NCBI GenBank assembly: GCA_036826375.1
Contig: DAISWL010000003.1
Span: 1-61,185 of the forward strand
Source: Candidatus Saccharimonadota bacterium
GTDB lineage: Bacteria > Patescibacteriota > Saccharimonadia > Saccharimonadales > HK-STAS-PATE-42
DNA length: 61,185 nt
Direction of reading: 5' to 3'
A model generated the notes under the pieces. That model ran no database searches. It was given only the letters and a program-made list of their open reading frames with translations, and was not told the DNA's origin. Shown one piece after another: positions 19,447 to 29,846 of the stretch (positions are counted from its first letter, which is position 1; each line of letters opens with the position of its first letter). The translations under genes were made by a program, and so were the position numbers.

Positions 19447-20088
19447 CCTACCAACCACCTCATCTAAACTTTTTCTAAACTTAGGCCTTTTTAAGTATCC
19501 ATCAGCCTGATCCCTCACCCCGATTCCCATAACGACTGTGGAGGTTAAGCTTTGCTCACTTAAGTTTAGTATCTTATTGAACTGAGATGAATCAAAGCCT
19601 CCCATGGGGTTGGCATCTATGCCAGCTAGAGCTGCGGTGGCTAGCATAAAGCCGAGGGCGATGAACACTTGGTTTTTAGCGAAGGCCGTAAATGCCTCTT
19701 TATCCATGCCTGCAAGCATACCGTTAATCGAGGCCTTGTAGCCGTTTAAAGATTGGTCATCAACACTTAAGTTTTGTGATTTCGCCACTCTTGCGAAAGC
19801 GGCATTAGCAACCTTTTGCTTATCGGTTTCAGCCGCTAGAACTATAAAGTAACTGGCTTCAGTTACTTGAGGCTGGCCGTGGGCTGCGGATCTTAATTGC
19901 TCGCGAACTTTGGTATCTTCAATAATTAAGAACTTCCATGGTTCTAACCCGTTGCTAGATGGAGCCATCCGCCCAGCCTCTAAAATTAAGTTTAGGTCAG
20001 CTTCAGATGCAACCTTAGTGGTATCGTATTTTTTAATAGCTGCTCGCCAGTTTAGAGCTTCTTGAAGTTCTTCTGTGCTAATCTTCAT
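19441..20088 (-). CDS. Nitroreductase family NAD(P)H-dependent oxidoreductase
   Basis: WRAAIKKYD, APSSNGLEPWKF, GIDANPMGGFD. Confidence 0.92.
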   Translation of the reverse strand: MKISTEELQEALNWRAAIKKYDTTKVASEADLNLILEAGRMAPSSNGLEPWKFLIIEDTKVREQLRSAAHGQPQVTEASYFIVLAAETDKQKVANAAFARVAKSQNLSVDDQSLNGYKASINGMLAGMDKEAFTAFAKNQVFIALGFMLATAALAGIDANPMGGFDSSQFNKILNLSEQSLTSTVVMGIGVRDQADGYLKRPKFRKSLDEVVGRV

Positions 20089-20145
20089 TTTGTTTATGAT
20101 GCCTTTCTTATTAATTATTGATAAATTTAAACATTTAGATATTTC

Positions 20146-20433
20146 TTATATTAATAATTTACTAAGCTTAATTCCAACAGATTCTAACAAATCGTGATTA
20201 ATTATGTAGTAGATGCCCCTACCTTCTTTTCTTTGAATTATAACTCCGGAGCTAACAAGAATTTTAAAATGGTGACTCAAGGCAGGTTGGGTTAAGTTGA
20301 AGCCAACCGATAAACTAGCACAACTTGAACCCTGAATCGGACCCTCGGCTATCTTTTTTATTAAGCTTAATCTAGTTTTATCAGCTAAAGCAGATAGAAC
20401 CTGTATTCTGAATTCTAGGTTATGTTCTTCCAT
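20146..20433 (-). CDS. ArsR/SmtB family transcriptional regulator
   Basis: ALADKTRLSLI, TQPALSHHFKIL, RKEGRGIYY. Confidence 0.92.
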   Translation of the reverse strand: MEEHNLEFRIQVLSALADKTRLSLIKKIAEGPIQGSSCASLSVGFNLTQPALSHHFKILVSSGVIIQRKEGRGIYYIINHDLLESVGIKLSKLLI

Positions 20434-20686
20434 AAATTAAGTTTAACATAAACATATTTATATATATAGATGTTTGTATACAAGTTGATATTAACCATTA
20501 ATCTTAGCTCACCTGAAGTTCTTTTGGCTATTCAAACTTTAGGGAATAGGGCTCTAGGTCATCTGAATAGTTCAAACTTTTAGTAAGATGTATTGATTAA
20601 CTATCAATCGATAATAGGAGTGCTTACGTGGTATAATTTTAAGTATTAGCAGTTAATCATTAACTACAAGTAAAGGAAAAATATAA

Positions 20687-22141
20687 ATGGCGAATATCTA
20701 CATCTCAACTTCCATCCCCTACGCAACCGGAAAACCCCATACCGGCAACGTGATGGATCTTATATACGCAGATACCCTGGCTCGCTACAACCGTATGATT
20801 GGCAATGAAGTTTTATACTCGGCTGGTAGCGATGAACATGGATATAAAATTCAACAAAAGGCTGAATCGCTTGGAATCACCCCGAAGCAATTTGTCGATG
20901 ATAATGTTAAGCTTATAGAGCAAGCTAACACCGAGGTTTATAGTAGTTATACCAACTTCATTCGTACCGATTCTGACCAGCACAGAAGCATTGTGGCTTT
21001 ACTGTGGCAACAAATGGCTATGAAGGGCGACATCTACAAGAAAGATTACGAAGGATGGTATTGCCAGGGATGCGAAGAGTTTAAAACTGAAACTATAGTT
21101 AAAGATACCAAAGGCACCTGCCCAGATCACAATTTGCCCTATAACAGAGTTAACGAAGTAAATTATTTCTTCAGGCTCTCTAAATATCAAGAGAGCATCA
21201 AGAAGCTTTTCGAAGACAGAGATTTTAGAGTGGTGCCATCTCATAAGCAAAATGAGATACTTAGCCTCATTAACAGCGGCCTAGACGATATAAGTGTTTC
21301 ACGACCAAAATCTGCTGTATCATGGGGAATAACAGTGCCAGGAGATGACACTCAGAGCATATACGTTTGGTTCGAAGCCTTGATGAACTATATAACCGTG
21401 CTGAACTATCCTGATGGTGATTTATTTAAAAAATTTTGGCCAACTGAAGTTCAAATTGTAGGTAAAGATAATTTGAGATTCCACGCCGCCATCTACCCAG
21501 CTATGCTATTAAGCTTAGGTCTGCCGATGCTTAAAAATCTATTCGTCCACGGTCATTTAACTATGAACGGACGCAAAATGAGCAAAACAACAGGCAACTT
21601 ATTGAATGCAGATGATGTTATTAATATTTATGGAGCTGACGCTTTGAGGTTTTACATCTTAAAGCACGTGCCTTCTTATGATGATGGCGACTTTTCTTGG
21701 GATAAGTTTAAAAGAGCCTACAACACTGAACTAGCTGATGAACTAGGCAACCTAGTATCACGGCTTTCTAGCATGATCAAAAAATATCTTAACGGACAGA
21801 TTGGAGTTTTTGAGATATCTACCCATGATGACGAACCCTATCATAAATATATGGATAACTATCAATTTGATAAAGCCATGGATTGGACCTGGCGCAAAGT
21901 TAGGGATTTAAACGCCTACATTGAAGAAACTAAGCCCTGGGCCATCGCTAAAAAAGGCGAATCCGATCACCTACAGTCGGTTCTATCGAATGCTGTTGGA
22001 GATCTGCTACAAGTTGCTGAGATGCTAACTCCTTTTTTACCGAAAACTGCCGAGGCCATAAATATCACTTTTGCCAGCGGTTCAATAGCCGATGTTGGGA
22101 TCTTGTTTCCTAAACTAGAAGCTAGCGAAAATAGTAAATAG
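20687..22141 (+). CDS. metG: Methionine--tRNA ligase (short form)
   Basis: SIPYATGKPHTGN (HIGH), YVWFEAL, KMSKT. Confidence 0.97.
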   Translation: MANIYISTSIPYATGKPHTGNVMDLIYADTLARYNRMIGNEVLYSAGSDEHGYKIQQKAESLGITPKQFVDDNVKLIEQANTEVYSSYTNFIRTDSDQHRSIVALLWQQMAMKGDIYKKDYEGWYCQGCEEFKTETIVKDTKGTCPDHNLPYNRVNEVNYFFRLSKYQESIKKLFEDRDFRVVPSHKQNEILSLINSGLDDISVSRPKSAVSWGITVPGDDTQSIYVWFEALMNYITVLNYPDGDLFKKFWPTEVQIVGKDNLRFHAAIYPAMLLSLGLPMLKNLFVHGHLTMNGRKMSKTTGNLLNADDVINIYGADALRFYILKHVPSYDDGDFSWDKFKRAYNTELADELGNLVSRLSSMIKKYLNGQIGVFEISTHDDEPYHKYMDNYQFDKAMDWTWRKVRDLNAYIEETKPWAIAKKGESDHLQSVLSNAVGDLLQVAEMLTPFLPKTAEAINITFASGSIADVGILFPKLEASENSK

Positions 22142-22263
22142 CTAGTACTTGACGGAGATGCTAATTAGACAGGGCTATTTGATTAGTTTTTATCGGTCGA
22201 ACGAAGACTGAGTGTCCGAAGGTTTTGCACAAGTCGAGCTAACTATGTAGAGATTTATAGAGG

Positions 22264-22689
22264 CTAGTTCTTAGATTTTTTCGTAATCACAGTTCCACCC
22301 TTAAGTTTAATTGAAAGCTCGTAAGAGCCGCACTTAGATTCCTCGCATTTAGACGGTAGGTATTTAAATTCTTCATTATTCTGAGCCGCTTGGGCGCCAT
22401 CCCGCTTTAAACTCTCAGGATTCATCCATGGGAATATGTCTGATTTTAACTTATCGGGGTAGTGACCGTTCATTTGGTAAAAGTATTCCAGAGAATAGTA
22501 TACTGATTCTATATTATCCTGGTATCGAATATCCATCTTGTTACTTTCAATTTTGCGAAACGTAAATGTGCCAGCTAAGCCGAGTATGGCAACTATTAAG
22601 ATCGCAACCATCCCTTCGAAAGCTGTATAGCCCTTATCGACTGAAAGGATGCATCTTATAATTCTATTGTTACTTGTATTGGTGCCCAT
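22264..22689 (-). CDS. Type IV pilin/pseudopilin-like protein
   Basis: KGYTAFEGMVAILIVAIL prepilin-like N-terminus; LEYFYQMNGHYP. Confidence 0.7.
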   Translation of the reverse strand: MGTNTSNNRIIRCILSVDKGYTAFEGMVAILIVAILGLAGTFTFRKIESNKMDIRYQDNIESVYYSLEYFYQMNGHYPDKLKSDIFPWMNPESLKRDGAQAAQNNEEFKYLPSKCEESKCGSYELSIKLKGGTVITKKSKN

Positions 22690-22699
22690 CGTTATAAGT

Positions 22700-23965
22700 T
22701 TAGCCGTTAGACTTAATTAATTCAATAAGGTCGCTTAAAGCGATATCCCCGCGCATGGCCTTTATTAAACCATCATAGTGCATCGCCAACATACCGCGAG
22801 ATACCGCCCTCGCTAGCAAATGCCCTCGTCCGAGATCTCCAGCCTCAATAAAGCGCCTTACGGCACTATCTACTACTAAACACTGATTAATAGTGGTTAA
22901 AACTGGAGTGTGACTTAGGGCACTAACTGAATTATCTATAGATAAGGATTTTTTGGACCAAAATAAAGGTCTATCAGTAAAACTTAAGTTACCGATAGTA
23001 GCCAAGTCGGGCCAGGCATCAGTTGAGCTAAGCCTGAAGATGCCCTCTATTTTTTTCAGATTAACATCAGAAGGCGTAAAGCTTTCACCCCGCTTATTCA
23101 GAAACGGTATACTCTTGAGGCTAACAACCAGGCTTAGGGCATCTGCGACTAATCGCTTAGAGCCTGAGAAGTTTCTGTACAGTTCATAGATTACAGACTC
23201 TGGATTTATATTTTCAGATCCAGCGATAACTACAGTCCCCCCTAAGCTTAACTTAATCATTAAATTAACAATATTGGGATTATCTAGCCAATCCTCTACG
23301 ACCAAAACCCCGGGTCTAATTCTGGTAATTAACTTGGCCAAATTCAAACTTGCAAAATCAGTTTTTGGATATCCATAAATATCTAGGCCTTCTAATTCAG
23401 GAACAGCATTGGGGTTACTTGATATAGATATTACTTTGGCAGAACCATTAGAACTTAAGGCGGCTATTGAGTACATCGTTTTATTTACAATTCTAGGTTG
23501 ACCGCATATCAGAGCTATTCCTCCATTGGAAAATGCAATATCTGTGAGCTGATTCAAGTTTCTCCCCCAAAATCCCAAATGATGGAGACTAGTAGTTATC
23601 ATGGGGTCTTCTACGAAAATTAAGGCACTAATCAGCCCAAATCTATCCTTAATAAATTTTATATTTAATTTATGAATTATATTTTTACCCGGAAGTTTTA
23701 TGTTTACAGAATTAACTGAATCATCTCTAAATTTAATTTTAGAACTATCTAGCAGATATTTGATTATTTCTTGATTTATTTTGGAGGTCGTTATCTTCTC
23801 AAGCCTAGTTAAGCGACCTCCGACCGAAATCTTAATACTATTAGAAGATACTTCTATATAATCGGCATCTTTCTTGATGGATATATCAATTAAACCAGTT
23901 AACAATCTGGCTGTTGAATCTATATTTTCACTATTTAATTTAATCTCACCCACCCTTTTCATCAT
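22700..23965 (-). CDS. GspE/PilB-like ATPase homologue with degenerate Walker A
   Basis: SLHHLGF..GGIALICGQP, RIRPGVLVVED, LSLVVS, AMHYDGLIKAMRG resemble PilB/GspE; no GxxGxGKT. Confidence 0.65.
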   Translation of the reverse strand: MMKRVGEIKLNSENIDSTARLLTGLIDISIKKDADYIEVSSNSIKISVGGRLTRLEKITTSKINQEIIKYLLDSSKIKFRDDSVNSVNIKLPGKNIIHKLNIKFIKDRFGLISALIFVEDPMITTSLHHLGFWGRNLNQLTDIAFSNGGIALICGQPRIVNKTMYSIAALSSNGSAKVISISSNPNAVPELEGLDIYGYPKTDFASLNLAKLITRIRPGVLVVEDWLDNPNIVNLMIKLSLGGTVVIAGSENINPESVIYELYRNFSGSKRLVADALSLVVSLKSIPFLNKRGESFTPSDVNLKKIEGIFRLSSTDAWPDLATIGNLSFTDRPLFWSKKSLSIDNSVSALSHTPVLTTINQCLVVDSAVRRFIEAGDLGRGHLLARAVSRGMLAMHYDGLIKAMRGDIALSDLIELIKSNG

Positions 23966-24117
23966 TCAATATTAAGATCCCTTTAAGTTTGATATTGTAA
24001 GTTAGTTTAGTATAATATTAACATAAGCATTAAAATAAATATTAATTAAGTTTAAAATAAAGGTAGTTGGATTAATTCACACAAGCACTAGAATTGTAAA
24101 ATAACAGAACCCAAATT

Positions 24118-25398
24118 ATGTCAGTAATAGATAAAATAAAGTTTAAGTTTAAAGATCAAAATCGAAAAGCTATTTTAGATGATCAGATAGTAGCTCTTGA
24201 CATAGGAACTGAGTACGTAAAGGCATTAGTATCGAAGGTATCCGGTGATGAGATCAATATATTTGGAGTAGGCCGTACTCATCAGCAGCTAAGTGATATG
24301 CATTCCGGAGCAATTGCAGATATATCAGCAGTGGTGGCTAATTGTTCCAGAGCCCTCACTATAGCAGAGGAAATGGCTGGTTTTCGAGCAAAAAAAGCAA
24401 TCATAGGCATAGCCGGGGAGCTAGTTAAAGGTATAACTCATACAGTAACTTATAAAAGACCTGATTCCGCTCGGCCAATCGATACCGAAGAGATAGGCTT
24501 AATAATAGAAAAGGCTCAGGAAAGAAGCGAAGAAAAAGCAAGGGCTGAGTTGGCATGGGAAACCGGTAACAACGAAATGGATATAAAGCTTGTTAATTCT
24601 GCAATTGTCGCCATGTATATTGACACTTATAAAGTCAGCAATCCGATAGGCTTTCAAGGGGGCAGAGTAACCGTTCAGTTGTACTCTGCGTTCGCTCCCA
24701 TGATTCACATCGGAGCTCTAGAAAAAACTGCACAAGAGTTAGATTTAGATTTAATTGCTGTAGCAGCCGAGCCCTTCGCTGTATCACGCTCCATTATTGG
24801 TACTGATGCAAGCTCTAACTTAACTGCGATACTGATAGATATTGGCGGTGGTACAACCGATATAGCGGTTGTAGATGACGGCGGAGTTCAGGGCACCAGA
24901 ATGTTCGGTATTGGGGGTAGAAGTTTCACTAAAGCTATAGCGGCCGAGTTGAATATGGATTTCATCATGGCGGAAAAACTTAAATTACACCTAAATAGCC
25001 CCAGTCAATCAACCCATGTGAGATCACATGCGCTTAAGGCGTTAGATAAAACTATTGACGTATGGATAAGCGGCATCGAGTTAGCTTTAACTGAATTTAA
25101 AACTCTAGACCATCTACCCAATAGAATTCTCCTTTGTGGCGGAGGCTCAAGCCTGGGACCGCTAGTTCAAGCTCTAAACCATAATCAGTGGTATAAAGAC
25201 TTGCCATTCGCTCATAAACCAACTATTCAGCATATTAAGCCTGGTGAAGTTAATGGTATCTATGACCTAACTGAAAGAGTGAAAGATCACACCTTCGTGA
25301 CGTCAATGGGTCTTTTGAGAATAGGTTATGATACAATGATAAGCAGTAGAAAGAATTCTGAGCTTTCAGAATCCATACAAAGAATGTTAAGGAACTAA
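24118..25398 (+). CDS. FtsA-like actin-fold ATPase
   Basis: ALDIGTEYVK, IDIGGGTTDIAV, LCGGGSSL. Confidence 0.85.
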   Translation: MSVIDKIKFKFKDQNRKAILDDQIVALDIGTEYVKALVSKVSGDEINIFGVGRTHQQLSDMHSGAIADISAVVANCSRALTIAEEMAGFRAKKAIIGIAGELVKGITHTVTYKRPDSARPIDTEEIGLIIEKAQERSEEKARAELAWETGNNEMDIKLVNSAIVAMYIDTYKVSNPIGFQGGRVTVQLYSAFAPMIHIGALEKTAQELDLDLIAVAAEPFAVSRSIIGTDASSNLTAILIDIGGGTTDIAVVDDGGVQGTRMFGIGGRSFTKAIAAELNMDFIMAEKLKLHLNSPSQSTHVRSHALKALDKTIDVWISGIELALTEFKTLDHLPNRILLCGGGSSLGPLVQALNHNQWYKDLPFAHKPTIQHIKPGEVNGIYDLTERVKDHTFVTSMGLLRIGYDTMISSRKNSELSESIQRMLRN

Positions 25399-25405
25399 AA
25401 TAAAT

Positions 25406-27124
25406 ATGGCAGCAGCAAAAAGAGAAGTAATTTATGTAGATTCAGAAGATGATATAACTTCAATAATAGACAAGGTTAAATCTGGTAGCAGCAAGGTGGT
25501 AGCCGTAGCTCCATCTAAACGTTTAGGTCCCCTACAAAGCGCCGTAAACTTAAGACTACTCCAAAGAGCATCCCAGACCGTAGGCAGAAAACTGGTAATT
25601 GTCAGTAACGATTCTTCTTTAATGAGGATCGCTGGTGGAATAGGCATATACGTATCTAAAGACCTCCATACCAGGCCCGAAATACCCAAAGTGGCCGGAG
25701 CGCCAGATCACAACTCGGAAGAAGAAATACCGTCCGAAGACCTTGAATCTCTTAAGAAAAAAATTGAGCAAGAAGCGCCCACCGCTAATCAAGAGAATGA
25801 GGAAATAAAAGATGAGATAGAAGACACTGCAGAAAAAATGGTAGTGGCTTCCGCTATAAAAGAAAAACAAGCTAGGAAGATAGAAAGAGCAAGAGCTAAA
25901 CAGGAACAAGAGATTAAATTAGCCGAAGAGGCTGAAAGAAATTCAAAACCAGATAAAGATAAATCGGAGCCTGATAAAAATGCCTTCAAGAAAAGGTTAA
26001 TATTACTAGGTTTATTTATATCAATATTTGTTGTTATTTTATCATGGGCACTTTTACAAAAGCCATCCGCGACTATAGTTATTAAATCGAAAACCAACCC
26101 AGTTCAATATGACCAAGCCTGGGTAATAGATCCATCCGTGGATAGCAGCGCAAATGCTAAAACATTTAAATCTAAGCTCGATTCTAAGGAGGAAGTAGTA
26201 TCTGCAGATTTTGGGGCAACCGGTCAAAAAGATATAGGAACTAAGGCAACAGGTCAAATAACCATAGTTAATTGTAATGACTCTAGTATTACGATAGCGT
26301 CCGGGACAGCATTTGCCGCGGGCGGAAAGAATTATATATCCGATAACTCAGTTAAAATACCAGGATCTAACTTCTTTAGCTCCGGACAGTGCAAGGAAGA
26401 TGGAAAAGGTAATGTATCGGTTACAGCAGTACAATCAGGAGAATCATTCAACCAAGCGGCAACATCGTATCAAATCGCTGGATCCCCAGGTAATGTATCG
26501 GCGGATGGAACTGCAATGACCGGTGGAACAACCAACTTAGTCAAGATAGTCCAACAATCAGATATAGACGCAGCCAAACAAAAACTAGTGGTTAGCTCAG
26601 ATTCTGAGTATAAAAATAAGCTTAGTGTCGATATTTCCGACCCGCAAAAAATTATAGATAGTACATTTAAAATTGATAAAACCGAGGCGACTTCATCTGT
26701 ACAAGCCGGCCAACAAGCCGATAATGGCAAGGTTGAAATCAAAATCAACTACTCTATATACTCAATCAATGAAAAAGAATTTAAATCTTTGCTAGTAGAT
26801 TCAATGAACAGTGAGATTGCTCCAAACAACCAGAAAGTTTACCAAGATCCGGGCGAAATTAAGCCTGAATTCAAGCAGGATACTCAATCGACTAGCTCAG
26901 GGGCCCTTAAGTTTAGTGTCAAAACTATTCTCAACACTGGGCCTAACTTCAATGAAGATCAACTAAAAACTGAGTTAACATCCAAGAAAAAAGGTGAAGT
27001 GATTTCTAAACTTGAAGCTGTTAGTGGAGTATCAAGAGTAGATGTTTCTATATCGCCGTTCTGGAAACAAAAAACTCCTGGAGATTCTAGCAGAATTACT
27101 ATTAAGTTTAGTGTCGATGAATAA
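25406..27124 (+). CDS. Bitopic membrane protein with baseplate J/gp47-like region
   Basis: Cytoplasmic N-terminal domain, charged linker, one TM (RLILLGLFISIFVVILSWALL), KATGQITIVN...VTAVQSGESFN. Confidence 0.65.
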   Translation: MAAAKREVIYVDSEDDITSIIDKVKSGSSKVVAVAPSKRLGPLQSAVNLRLLQRASQTVGRKLVIVSNDSSLMRIAGGIGIYVSKDLHTRPEIPKVAGAPDHNSEEEIPSEDLESLKKKIEQEAPTANQENEEIKDEIEDTAEKMVVASAIKEKQARKIERARAKQEQEIKLAEEAERNSKPDKDKSEPDKNAFKKRLILLGLFISIFVVILSWALLQKPSATIVIKSKTNPVQYDQAWVIDPSVDSSANAKTFKSKLDSKEEVVSADFGATGQKDIGTKATGQITIVNCNDSSITIASGTAFAAGGKNYISDNSVKIPGSNFFSSGQCKEDGKGNVSVTAVQSGESFNQAATSYQIAGSPGNVSADGTAMTGGTTNLVKIVQQSDIDAAKQKLVVSSDSEYKNKLSVDISDPQKIIDSTFKIDKTEATSSVQAGQQADNGKVEIKINYSIYSINEKEFKSLLVDSMNSEIAPNNQKVYQDPGEIKPEFKQDTQSTSSGALKFSVKTILNTGPNFNEDQLKTELTSKKKGEVISKLEAVSGVSRVDVSISPFWKQKTPGDSSRITIKFSVDE

Positions 27125-27572
27125 ACCTAAAACCGCCCAAGTTATTCTGGCTATTGATTACGGTTCAAAATCTACTGGGTTAGCGGTTGCATCTGGTGTG
27201 AGAATCTCTAAGCCTCTTAAGAGCCTAGATTCTACCGAAAACCAAAACCTAATTGACGGTATTAAAACAATAATCGAAGATCTTAAAGTAGATCTAGTAG
27301 TGATTGGGCAACCCCTCAACATGAGAGGTGAAACGAGCCAACAATCTTTAACCGTTGAAAAATTTAAACTGAATCTTAGCCAACAGATTGCTCAGCCAAT
27401 CATATTTCAGGCCGAAACAGATACTACTAACCTGGTTAAGCAGGAGTTAGGTTTAGACTCTATAAAGCTTAAATCCGCCAAAGAGAGTGGGCAAATAGAT
27501 GCCCTCGCTGCCGCTAGAATCTTACAAGATTATCTCGATCAATACGGATTTTCAATTCCTAAAAATATTTAA
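27117..27572 (+). CDS. ruvX: YqgF/RuvX family RNase H-fold nuclease
   Basis: ILAIDYGSKSTGLA, VVIGQPLNM, IDALAAARILQDY. Confidence 0.9.
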   Translation: MNKPKTAQVILAIDYGSKSTGLAVASGVRISKPLKSLDSTENQNLIDGIKTIIEDLKVDLVVIGQPLNMRGETSQQSLTVEKFKLNLSQQIAQPIIFQAETDTTNLVKQELGLDSIKLKSAKESGQIDALAAARILQDYLDQYGFSIPKNI

Positions 27573-27638
27573 TGCCATAACTTTTTAGCAATAATTCTAC
27601 AGAGTCAAATTCTTACTTATAAATATTAAGTTTAAAAT

Positions 27639-28790
27639 CTAAAGCCAAATAAATTTATTAGTATTAATTAAGTTTAGTAAAGTTTTGGCAAAATCTTCAA
27701 TATTTTTCTGAGTAGTACTGCGTCCGACGGTAATTCTTAATGAACTGGAGGCGTCCTCTTTACTAAGGCCAATCGCCTGTAAAACATAGCTAGGTTCATC
27801 ATCGCTGGCGTTACAAGCAGATCCGGTTGCTACCATAAATCCAAGATTATCAAGCTCCATAACTAAACGTTCTCCATCTACCCCTGTTATTGTTAGGTTA
27901 ATATTGTTTGGCAAACGATTTTTGAAATCACCATTAAACTTAATGCGCTTATCTTTAGCCAAGAGCGAGATTAAACTTAATTGTAACTTCTTCATTTTTT
28001 TAGATTGATGTTCGCGCTTAACTCTGGCATCTTCAAGAGCCGTGGCAAGGCCCGCAATAGTAGCTAAACTTTCAGTTCCTGCTCGCATGCCTTTTTCTTG
28101 CCCCCCGCCCATTATTAGCGGCTTAAGCTTAATGCCGGATCTGACATAAAGAAGACCAGATTGTTTCGGTCCGTAGATTTTACCTCCGTTAATAGTCATT
28201 AAATCTACGCTCAATCTATCAACACTTAAGCTTAAGTAGTTACCGGCCTGAGATGCATCAGTATGTAAGTAAAGCGGCAGCGTATTCCCTCCCAGCTTTC
28301 TATCTGCAATTATTTGATTTATTAAAGTTTTAACTTTCGCTAATTTCTGGATCACTCCAATTTCATTGCTAGCTAAGATGATAGATACCATCACCGTACG
28401 CTGATCGATCAGTTCTTTTAGTTGATTAAGCTTAATATGCCCCTTGGCATCAACTTCTAGCTTGTTATTATTAAAAAGATCAGCTGGAGCCAGAACAGAC
28501 TTATGCTCAATATTAGTTGTAATCAGGTTTGCTTCAGGATAAAGATTCATAACGCCCTGGATTGCCAGATTATTAGCTTCACTCCCCCCTGCGGTGAAGA
28601 TAATCTCAGAAGGCTTAGACCCTATAACTGAAGCTATTTTAGATCTTAAATCATCTTTTTTCGATTTAAGTTTAGCAGAGGCAAGGTACAGCGAAGATGG
28701 ATTATAAAACTGATCGCTAAAATAAGGCAACATAGATTTTAAAACAGATTTACTAACGGGTGTAGCGGCAGCGTAATCTAGGTAGATCAT
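27639..28790 (-). CDS. iscS: Cysteine desulfurase (IscS/NifS type)
   Basis: YLDYAAATP, HTDASQA, GGKIYGPK, TGSACNA, SLRITVGR. Confidence 0.95.
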   Translation of the reverse strand: MIYLDYAAATPVSKSVLKSMLPYFSDQFYNPSSLYLASAKLKSKKDDLRSKIASVIGSKPSEIIFTAGGSEANNLAIQGVMNLYPEANLITTNIEHKSVLAPADLFNNNKLEVDAKGHIKLNQLKELIDQRTVMVSIILASNEIGVIQKLAKVKTLINQIIADRKLGGNTLPLYLHTDASQAGNYLSLSVDRLSVDLMTINGGKIYGPKQSGLLYVRSGIKLKPLIMGGGQEKGMRAGTESLATIAGLATALEDARVKREHQSKKMKKLQLSLISLLAKDKRIKFNGDFKNRLPNNINLTITGVDGERLVMELDNLGFMVATGSACNASDDEPSYVLQAIGLSKEDASSSLRITVGRSTTQKNIEDFAKTLLNLINTNKFIWL

Positions 28791-28975
28791 TTTGTTAATT
28801 CAATTCTATCGGTTTTAAGCTTAGTTATTTTGTGACGCATCTTTATGAAATTATTTTTTAGAGTATTTAATTTTGTCTAGTCTATCTAAATTTAAAAAAG
28901 TGTTATCAGTATTACGGTTGCTAGCTGTTAATTTATCCATCACTATTCTTTAGTATAGCTAGATTATTCAATTAT

Positions 28976-29437
28976 TTAAAGTTTAAGTGTTGGGATAGCA
29001 TCAACGCTTCTGCCATACACCTTGGTCATAACCAACTTATAATATAGTTTAATAGCTTCAATTAAACGCTCAGCTTCATCATCTTGAACCATGCTATGAT
29101 TTTTACTGTTTATCACTTTCAGTACTCCGTTAGGGTGAAGCTCGTAACGAATAACCATCTGTTTTTTGTTTCCGTCGATTAAATCTACATAGTTATTTTG
29201 ATAAACCCATGTACGCTCATCGAGGCAGTAGAAACGACGTTCTTCATCGGGGCGAGAGGGGCCAAAAACTTGTCCACCAATCTCGGATTCAATTTCAATA
29301 AGTTGCTTAATTTTTTGATCTTTAGTTTTAAGACGTTGCTTGGTATTGGCTGCATCTTGTTTAGCTAACTTAAAAACTTCGGGATCAACTCCCATAATAA
29401 ATTCTAGAAATTTGTGCCAGTTGTTTGCTTGTTTCAT
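28976..29437 (-). CDS. Hypothetical protein
   Basis: 153 aa ORF co-oriented with neighbours; SEIGGQVFGP..RRFYCLD..W. Confidence 0.7.
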   Translation of the reverse strand: MKQANNWHKFLEFIMGVDPEVFKLAKQDAANTKQRLKTKDQKIKQLIEIESEIGGQVFGPSRPDEERRFYCLDERTWVYQNNYVDLIDGNKKQMVIRYELHPNGVLKVINSKNHSMVQDDEAERLIEAIKLYYKLVMTKVYGRSVDAIPTLKL

Positions 29438-29479
29438 TGGTAAAAGTATCCCTTACAATCTGCACGTTGCAGGTTAAGC

Positions 29480-29821
29480 TTAAGCTGCTAAAGCGAATTC
29501 CGCATTGGGGTTATTAGTAGTAGTCGCTTCTCGAGCGCAACAGATATCAGGGCCAACTTCTTGCATTACAGCTACTAGTTTGGGAACGCCGAGTCTTTCT
29601 TCAGGCGTATTCGGTGCGGTGCTGACAATAGTAACGGGTTCACCATTTGCCCGTTGTTCTGCACTCGGCCCATGCGGAGCTGTTCCGACCTTATCAACGG
29701 TAGTTCCAACAATAGCCGCAAAAAAGGCTCTCTCGACAGCTGCTCGAGCGGATGCTACTGTATCATCATAGCGCGTTGGTTCATCAGAACCGCCATGAAC
29801 CCGTGATTCAACTGTTGGCAA
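29480..29821 (-). CDS. Hypothetical protein ending in an ssrA-tag-like peptide
   Basis: 113 aa ORF, GGAG upstream of a TTG start, C-terminus NNPNAEFALAA. Confidence 0.5.
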   Translation of the reverse strand: MPTVESRVHGGSDEPTRYDDTVASARAAVERAFFAAIVGTTVDKVGTAPHGPSAEQRANGEPVTIVSTAPNTPEERLGVPKLVAVMQEVGPDICCAREATTTNNPNAEFALAA

Positions 29822-29846
29822 TTTATAACTCCTTTATTTTTAAATT

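Noticed and set aside
19441-20433. Nitroreductase and ArsR as part of the cassette array
   Set aside because: The nitroreductase carries several TAARYTTA motifs like resident genes, and the pair has its own promoter; better read as the flank of the insertion
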